Origin: Candidatus Heimdallarchaeota archaeon
Lineage (GTDB): Archaea; Asgardarchaeota; Heimdallarchaeia; Heimdallarchaeales; Heimdallarchaeaceae
DNA: 64,000 nucleotides
Direction of reading: 5' to 3'
Assembly: GCA_016840095.1 (NCBI GenBank)
Contig: JAEOSZ010000006.1
Location: 29,200 to 93,199 of the forward strand
The stretch's first letter is position 1, and each line of letters opens with the position of its first letter. The translations under genes and the position numbers were made by a program. Positions 57,971 through 64,000 of this stretch are shown here, piece by piece. The notes below the pieces were generated by a model. The model had not been told where the DNA came from, ran no database searches, and was given only the letters and a program-made list of their open reading frames with translations.

Positions 57971-59521
57971 TTAAATATAATCTACTCTGAGTAACTGTTC
58001 ATATGATGGTTTTAGTTTTTCCACTACTTGGTTTCGAATGTTTTCTTTATATTTATCCAAGCCTTCAAATTTCACTACTAGTTCTGCTAATTCAGCATCA
58101 CTTAATGCTTTCATTTTAGATATGTCTTCAGATATATCTTGAACATTAATAGAAACGTCTGATTCTTTGATAGATGTTCGTAAAACAATCTTAATTTGTT
58201 GTAGCGCATCGTTAATCATAGAAACTGGAACATCATATGCATCCATTGTACTTCTTATTCTTTCCAATGTAATCACGTTGATATCCTTTGTTTCGTCTTC
58301 TCTTGCTTGAAGCAAAACTGTTTCTCCTATGATATTGTTCATAGTACGAAGATCAATATGGGGATTTCTCTGAGGATCATGAATTTCATCAAGACCAGAA
58401 TAAAAGTCACTTCTAGCCATTCTGCTTTCAGAACGAATACCTTTTCTTTTTAGATTCTCTGGAAGTGAATTATTTCCTAAGAATGCTAGAAAATCAACTG
58501 CTAATCTACTAACAAAATCAGTAGTTTCTTTTTCCAATTCATGAAGTTGAATAATTGAGGGATTAGCTGTAATTTTTCTTCTGGATAGAATGATTTGTTC
58601 CTCAAACATATCTTTGATGATTTGCTCTCTGCTTTCAACAGAACGAGCAGGCCATAGAACTTCAGGAATACGATTAATGATTGGCTGACTTTCTTCACCA
58701 AAAACTGTCAAAGGAGCATTTGAGGTGAAAAGAACAGCACCATCAATGTATACTGGTTCACCTTGAATATTATACTTAATACCCATAGGTTCTTCAAGAA
58801 AACCCATCAGGGATTCTAATAGGCTTAGTGGTAGTCTCTGTATTTCATTAACAACAATAAAACCATGAGATAGAACTCCTACTTTATGTGAAGTTGCAGC
58901 ATATGTGGTTGATGTATCTTTTCCGAATAGTTCTTCTAGATTTTCTACACCAGCAAGAAGCATGTATAAACTTTCAGGATCAGTTCTTGGATCTAGTTGA
59001 GCTCTTCTTACTATGGTTTTAGTGGCTCCAAGTTTGCCTAATCGATTGACTACTTCTTTTGGAGGAATTTCAAGAACACTATTGGTATTATCTAAATCAA
59101 CTTCATTTCCATCAGCAGCAAGAATTGTTTCAATGTTATTTCTACAATATGGACAGAGAGATTGCATTACACGAATTCCAGCAAAAGGATTCGCAGGGAA
59201 ATTGTTCATTACATCTATTATATATCCAGCATCCTCTAAGAATGGACATCCTTCAATATGATATTTAAAGTTGTTAATCTCCCTAACAACGTGATCTAAC
59301 AATATTCTAGCAAACAAAGATTTGGCTTCACCAGTTGGACCAGTAAGAAGAACTTTACCTCCTACTGCTAACTTATCCATTACTACGTTCTTACCAATTT
59401 CATTTCCTCTAACGCTGACATCTTTTGAGACTCTATCACGGAATTCAGGATTCATAAGGATAGACCGAACAGAAAATCCTACATAATTATCCTTCATTAA
59501 TTTCTGTATTGTGAGTGTCAT
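57971..59521 (-). CDS. AAA+ ATPase, PrkA/YeaG / Mg-chelatase-like clade
   Basis: Walker A GPTGEAKS, YHIEGCPFLED...SLCPYCR insert, Walker B FIVVNE, sensor-1 FTSN, NR arginine finger. Confidence 0.85.
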   Translation of the reverse strand: MTLTIQKLMKDNYVGFSVRSILMNPEFRDRVSKDVSVRGNEIGKNVVMDKLAVGGKVLLTGPTGEAKSLFARILLDHVVREINNFKYHIEGCPFLEDAGYIIDVMNNFPANPFAGIRVMQSLCPYCRNNIETILAADGNEVDLDNTNSVLEIPPKEVVNRLGKLGATKTIVRRAQLDPRTDPESLYMLLAGVENLEELFGKDTSTTYAATSHKVGVLSHGFIVVNEIQRLPLSLLESLMGFLEEPMGIKYNIQGEPVYIDGAVLFTSNAPLTVFGEESQPIINRIPEVLWPARSVESREQIIKDMFEEQIILSRRKITANPSIIQLHELEKETTDFVSRLAVDFLAFLGNNSLPENLKRKGIRSESRMARSDFYSGLDEIHDPQRNPHIDLRTMNNIIGETVLLQAREDETKDINVITLERIRSTMDAYDVPVSMINDALQQIKIVLRTSIKESDVSINVQDISEDISKMKALSDAELAELVVKFEGLDKYKENIRNQVVEKLKPSYEQLLRVDYI

Positions 59522-59538
59522 GAGCTTTACCTTTTTTA

Positions 59539-60141
59539 TTATATATTTTGATCATTTTCTTCTTCTGTAGCAAATTGAACTTGCACAGGTTTGATTTTTT
59601 CTAATAATTTTTCTTTTTCTTCCCAAGACTTTACATGTCCAATATGTATTACTCTCTTTAACCATTTGAGAGCTTCAAGTAAATTAGGTACTTCTGGTAC
59701 TTCAAAGAGGTTCCATAACCTATCAGTTAAGCGAATTAGAGATAGATTTTCAATTAATTCTCCACGAGATAAAGCTCCTTGGAGGTTTGAATTGTAAGCA
59801 CAGATAGCAATTGGAAGACTTTTTGTTTCTGAATCCCAAATTACCTTTTCCCAGAAATAGTTTCTTTCGTGCTTAATCATTTCCTCTTTGGTTGCGTCAA
59901 TTAGATATAACAGTCCTTCAAATGGAACAAATTGCTTATGCTTGAATTTGAACCCTAAAGAATATGGTAATTCAGTGAGTGAACTATCCAATATAAATTC
60001 TGAGAGAGATGTACTTGATCTCATCAACAAGATTCTATTTCTAGTAGCAGGGATATTATCACCTAAAACTAAAATAGATACCTCTGGGTAACCTAGTCTT
60101 CTTTTAAGGGATTTTTTCCAATTCTGAACAAAGCTAGTCAT
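59539..60141 (-). CDS. Degenerate Arf/Arl-family small GTPase (pseudo-GTPase)
   Basis: Amphipathic N-helix, ILVLG, GLLYLIDAT, LPIAIC, LQGALS..EL...LSL..L.DR.W, LLEALKWL match the Arf scaffold; G1, G3 and G4 motifs lost. Confidence 0.75.
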   Translation of the reverse strand: MTSFVQNWKKSLKRRLGYPEVSILVLGDNIPATRNRILLMRSSTSLSEFILDSSLTELPYSLGFKFKHKQFVPFEGLLYLIDATKEEMIKHERNYFWEKVIWDSETKSLPIAICAYNSNLQGALSRGELIENLSLIRLTDRLWNLFEVPEVPNLLEALKWLKRVIHIGHVKSWEEKEKLLEKIKPVQVQFATEEENDQNI

Positions 60142-60249
60142 TGGGTTTCGCTAAAGAGCATCATATGTGCATCTTTATCAATTTTGCGAATAAGAAGTTA
60201 TTACTAGTATAGAGGAAAAGTTTAGAATATCAGCAAAAATGAGAAACTA

Positions 60250-60744
60250 ATGAGTCAAAACATCCTTAACATAGTTGTTGCTGGTATTGAATACAAAAAT
60301 AAATGGTTGTTCATCAACCGTAAAAGAGGGGACTATCAGGAAAAATGGGCCCTTGTTGGAGGAAAGATGCAGTTTGATGAAACAATTAAAGAATCAATTT
60401 TGAGAGAGATAAAAGAAGAAACCGGTCTTGAAGTAGAATGGGTTGGTGTTAAGTCTATATTGAATGAGAAGCTCTTAGAAAAGGATACTAAAGAAACTAA
60501 GCAACAATTCATTATTATATTGTGTTCTGTTAAAGCAAGTAGTGATGTAGTTCAAGAGACAGACGAAGGAGAACTTTGTTGGTTCACTGATCAAGATATA
60601 CTGGAAAATAAAGAAAATATTATTCCATCAGACTTTTACATGATTACAGAACTAATTCCAAATGAATCTTTGCAACAAATTGTTGAGGTTGAATTGTTGG
60701 AGAAGAAAGATGAATTATATCTAGGTTTATTGAAGGAGTATTAA
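60250..60744 (+). CDS. NUDIX hydrolase
   Basis: GGKMQFDETIKESILREIKEETGL Nudix box. Confidence 0.93.
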   Translation: MSQNILNIVVAGIEYKNKWLFINRKRGDYQEKWALVGGKMQFDETIKESILREIKEETGLEVEWVGVKSILNEKLLEKDTKETKQQFIIILCSVKASSDVVQETDEGELCWFTDQDILENKENIIPSDFYMITELIPNESLQQIVEVELLEKKDELYLGLLKEY

Positions 60745-61694
60745 CTTATTATCTTCTCAAATTCTTTTGGATTTATTTTTGACCCACTTATAATAAGCAC
60801 AACTATGAATCCTTTAAATTTCTTAATTTGTTTAATAAATGAAGCTATTGTCAAAGCTCCTGCGCCTTCAACAATCATCTTATGTTCTTCATAAAGTAAT
60901 TTTAAGGCGTTCTTTATTTCTTCTTCAGAAACCAAGATATAGTCATCAACATAATTCTGACATAAATTAAAAGTAATTGAGTCTGGTTCAATTCCCCCAG
61001 CTGTACCATCAGATAAAGTTGGTTTTGATTCATAATCAATAATCTTACCAGCTTTGATAGATTCATACATTACTGGAGAATTTTCTGGTTGGCATCCAAT
61101 TATCTTAATCTCAGGGAACTTGCTTTTTAGATATCCTGAAATTCCTGAAATAAGCCCCCCTCCTCCAATTGGTATTAGAACACAATCTACTTTTTCAACC
61201 TGTTCTTCAATTTCCATGCCAATAGTTCCTTGACCAGCAATGATTTTTAGATCGTTATAAGGAGAAATGAAATCCAATTCATTGTTTTTAGCATATGTTC
61301 TTGCAAAGGTTTCTGCTTGAACACAATCAGTTCCATACAATTCAATGTTTATTTTTTGTTCTTTTAAAGCTTTAATTTTAACTGGTGAGGCATTTTCTGG
61401 CAGAAAAATCTTACCTATTAAACCCAATTTAGCTATTCCATATGCAAAAGCTGCACCATGATTTCCAGACGAAGCAGTTACAAAATCACGTTTATTCTGA
61501 TTGTTGCTAAGATAAATCAAGCTGTTCATAGCTCCTCTAATTTTAAAGGAACTAGTTTCTTGTTGATTTTCTAGTTTTAGATATACTTTACACTCACCCA
61601 AACCACTTAATATTGAGGAATATTCTACGGGAGTTCTTTTTATGTAGGGTCTAATTCTCTCCTCTGCTTCCATTATTTCCTTAAGTATATCCAT
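60741..61694 (-). CDS. PLP-dependent threonine/serine dehydratase (no ACT domain)
   Basis: LKLENQQETSSFKIRGA, SSGNHG, AGQGT, PIGGGGL, VEGAGAL. Confidence 0.93.
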   Translation of the reverse strand: MDILKEIMEAEERIRPYIKRTPVEYSSILSGLGECKVYLKLENQQETSSFKIRGAMNSLIYLSNNQNKRDFVTASSGNHGAAFAYGIAKLGLIGKIFLPENASPVKIKALKEQKINIELYGTDCVQAETFARTYAKNNELDFISPYNDLKIIAGQGTIGMEIEEQVEKVDCVLIPIGGGGLISGISGYLKSKFPEIKIIGCQPENSPVMYESIKAGKIIDYESKPTLSDGTAGGIEPDSITFNLCQNYVDDYILVSEEEIKNALKLLYEEHKMIVEGAGALTIASFIKQIKKFKGFIVVLIISGSKINPKEFEKIIS

Positions 61695-61754
61695 TTGTTT
61701 CCTGAGTCAATAACTTCCGATTTCTATTTAAATCTTAAAGTTTAATGATATTCA

Positions 61755-62594
61755 ATGGTTACAAATAATGATAATAATAATGATATAACTAAAGTGATAC
61801 TCCTGGGAACTGGAACACCCAAAGCTTTACCAGACAGATATGGTCCATCAACAGTTATATTGGTAAATAATACTCCATATGTATTTGATTTTGGTTCAGG
61901 AGTAGTTCGCAGGATGAGGGAAGCAAATATAGATTTAGAGTCTCTCACAACAGTATTCTTAACACATCTACACACAGATCACACTATAGGATATGCGGAT
62001 CTCATTTTTACAACTTGGGTTCTTAGGAGAAAAACTCAACTGAATGTTTATGGACCTCTAGGATTAGCTGACATGACAGAAAACATTCTTAGTGCTTACA
62101 AAGAGGATATCAGAGCAAGAATTGAGGGACTGGAACCAGCTAATAACACAGGATATAATGTTAAAGCCTTCGAAGTTGAACCTGGCTTAGTATATCAAGA
62201 TTCAAATATACAGGTTGAAGCATTTCCTGTCAAGCATGGTTTATTGAAAGCCTATGGATATAGAATCCAAACACCAGACAAAATCATAGTAATCTCAGGA
62301 GATACAGCACCATCTGAAGAACTAATTAATCATTATTCAGGTTGTGATATATTAATTCATGAAGTTTATTCAGCTGAAAGCTTTCTTGGTTTACCTCAAG
62401 TTTGGCAAAAATATCACAAAGAAATGCACACATCAACTTATGAGTTGGGAGAAATTGCTAGCAAGGTAAAACCTAAGCTTCTAGTTTTACATCATCAACT
62501 GTTTTGGGGAAGATCAGAAGAGGAATTAGTAGAAGAAATTAAAACAAAATATGATGGAGATATAGTTTCTGGTAAAGATTTAGACACTTTTTAG
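61755..62594 (+). CDS. Metallo-beta-lactamase fold hydrolase (RNase Z/AtsA-like)
   Basis: LGTGTP, THLHTDH, ISGDT, LIHEV, HTS, LVLHH. Confidence 0.92.
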   Translation: MVTNNDNNNDITKVILLGTGTPKALPDRYGPSTVILVNNTPYVFDFGSGVVRRMREANIDLESLTTVFLTHLHTDHTIGYADLIFTTWVLRRKTQLNVYGPLGLADMTENILSAYKEDIRARIEGLEPANNTGYNVKAFEVEPGLVYQDSNIQVEAFPVKHGLLKAYGYRIQTPDKIIVISGDTAPSEELINHYSGCDILIHEVYSAESFLGLPQVWQKYHKEMHTSTYELGEIASKVKPKLLVLHHQLFWGRSEEELVEEIKTKYDGDIVSGKDLDTF

Positions 62595-62636
62595 ATTTCG
62601 AGAAAAGGTTTTTACTGTAAATATATATGATATCCT

Positions 62637-63734
62637 ATGGTAGTAAATTCATCAAATGATGTAAACCAAGATAGTAATTTAGTGAAAGAAGATACCAAGA
62701 AAACACAGCTCGAAAAGGGAACTAGATATCTTTCTATAGATGTTTTCAGGGGACTAGCTATAGTTGCAATGATTTTTGTAAATGTAATAGCACCCTTCGA
62801 CAAAGTCCCAGCTTGGTCCAAACATGCACTAGACTATGGTTTAACTTATGTTGATTTAGTTACTCCCTTTTTCATCTTTGCAATTGGATTGACATATACC
62901 TTGTCATTCAACCGGTATTATGAGAAAAATGGTTGGTTTCAAGCATTTTTGAGATTTATTCGAAGATATGCAGCTTTCTTCGGAATGGGTATGATTGGAA
63001 CAATGTTTCTATTTACAGATCAAGGAATCTTTGCTGGATGGGGTGTTTTGCAAGCAATAGGCTTAGCTGGTATTTTTACTTTGTTTTTCATAAAATTTCC
63101 AAGGACAATTCGATTTGTAATTGGTATTGGATTGCTTGTATTGTATCAGTATATTCTTACGATCAATGTTGGAATGCGAATTATTTCAACACCTCTAGGA
63201 GGAACAATTACCATGCCTTTAGGAGATTTGAATTTTTATGATGAACATGGAGGTCTCATTGGGGGGATTGGATTTTGCATTTTACTTCTCCTCTGTACAG
63301 CAATAATTGATGATTTCCGTAAAACAAACAAATGGTGGATATTAGGAATGGGGGGAATCTTTACAAGTGCAGGAATCATTTGGCATGTTATTTGGAAGTT
63401 TACTGATTGGCCACCTTTCGGAGGTATTTCTAAAGAGAGAGTAACTCCTTCATACATACTGCTTACAGTAGGTTTGGGGGCAATATTTTTCTGGTTGCTA
63501 TGGTTTATCTATGACAAACATCAACTAACGAAAAATAAGAGTATTCTACAACCAATTGGAAGAAATTCACTTTTTATTTACATTATTCATCCAATAATGA
63601 TAGGATTAACACAATTGATTCTACATTTAGATACTCATGCAGCACTTGTTATGTTCCTAGGATTTGTTAGTGTTGTTATTTTATGGACAGTATCGTTCCT
63701 TCTTGATAGGAAGAAGTTTTACATTGTAATTTGA
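62637..63734 (+). CDS. Heparan-alpha-glucosaminide N-acetyltransferase-like (TmAT) membrane protein
   Basis: RYLSIDVFRGLAIVAMIFVN, H..GLTYVDLV.PFFIFAIG, GVLQAIG, ISK...TPSY, GRNSL.IY. Confidence 0.88.
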   Translation: MVVNSSNDVNQDSNLVKEDTKKTQLEKGTRYLSIDVFRGLAIVAMIFVNVIAPFDKVPAWSKHALDYGLTYVDLVTPFFIFAIGLTYTLSFNRYYEKNGWFQAFLRFIRRYAAFFGMGMIGTMFLFTDQGIFAGWGVLQAIGLAGIFTLFFIKFPRTIRFVIGIGLLVLYQYILTINVGMRIISTPLGGTITMPLGDLNFYDEHGGLIGGIGFCILLLLCTAIIDDFRKTNKWWILGMGGIFTSAGIIWHVIWKFTDWPPFGGISKERVTPSYILLTVGLGAIFFWLLWFIYDKHQLTKNKSILQPIGRNSLFIYIIHPIMIGLTQLILHLDTHAALVMFLGFVSVVILWTVSFLLDRKKFYIVI

Positions 63735-63743
63735 GGTTTGAAA

Positions 63744-64000
63744 ATGAAGGTAGTAAAAGATATAACACAGCTTATTGGAAATACACCTCTTTTGAGATTA
63801 GGAAGATTATTTCCAAACTCAGAGATTTATGGAAAATGTGAGTTCATGAATCCTCTAAGCGTTAAAGATAGACCTGTACTCCAAATTTTTGATGATGCTG
63901 AAGAACAAGGAAGAATTAAACCAGGAGATACAGTAATTGAATGTACTAGTGGAAATACAGGAATGGCAGTTTCTCTGATTGCAGCAATTAAAGGATATAG
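63744..64000 (+). CDS. Cysteine synthase family PLP enzyme, N-terminal part (runs off the window end)
   Basis: MKVVKDITQLIGNTPLLRL...KCEFMNPLSVKDR...IECTSGNTG; GAGGT before the ATG. Confidence 0.92.
   Translation, partial: MKVVKDITQLIGNTPLLRLGRLFPNSEIYGKCEFMNPLSVKDRPVLQIFDDAEEQGRIKPGDTVIECTSGNTGMAVSLIAAIKGY

Noticed and set aside
56547-59521. Magnesium or cobalt chelatase I/D subunits
   Set aside because: No large chelatase subunit or tetrapyrrole genes nearby, the vWA protein has no AAA-like N-domain, and context favours a PrkA/YeaH/SpoVR-like module; not fully excluded without a phylogeny
1157-63457. Numerous 60-150 aa ORFs in the track lying antisense to or out of frame within long genes (e.g. 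6872-7321, 9439-9825, 33182-33538, 52477-52845)
   Set aside because: Fully nested in well-supported genes, Ser/Ile/Phe-rich shadow composition, no motifs
1-64000. CRISPR array, IS element, integrase or provirus
   Set aside because: No regularly spaced repeats and no transposase, recombinase or capsid motifs seen

Overview
AT-rich (roughly one-third GC by eye), gene-dense archaeal chromosomal window. No CRISPR array, rRNA, integrase or transposase is visible. Archaeal core genes (egsA, aCPSF1/fttA, NOP2-Nip7, trmI, trmY, long-type Trm112, uS19, eS26, A/V-ATPase subunit E, intron-containing tRNA-Arg(TCG) with a perfect bulge-helix-bulge) sit beside eukaryote-like proteins (ribophorin I/OST1, a presenilin with the GxGDFIFYS signature, an Arf-family relic) and bacterial-type genes (mutS-mutL, uvrB-uvrC, metK, deoC). 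That mixture points to an Asgard archaeon, most likely Heimdallarchaeia (inference). The standout is a tightly packed five-gene minus-strand operon at 54207-60141: catalytically degenerate Arf-like pseudo-GTPase, PrkA/YeaG-like AAA+ ATPase, MIDAS-intact vWA protein, SpoVR/YcgB-like zincin-fold protein lacking the catalytic Glu, and a HEAT-repeat protein. It looks like a highly diverged PrkA-YeaH-SpoVR triad coupled to membrane-trafficking-type modules. Second is a divergent ArsR-type regulator / bactofilin-like gene pair (23716-25207) whose products share a SHOCT-like motif and flank a tandem repeat that may be an operator. All family assignments come from motif recognition by eye, not from database searches.
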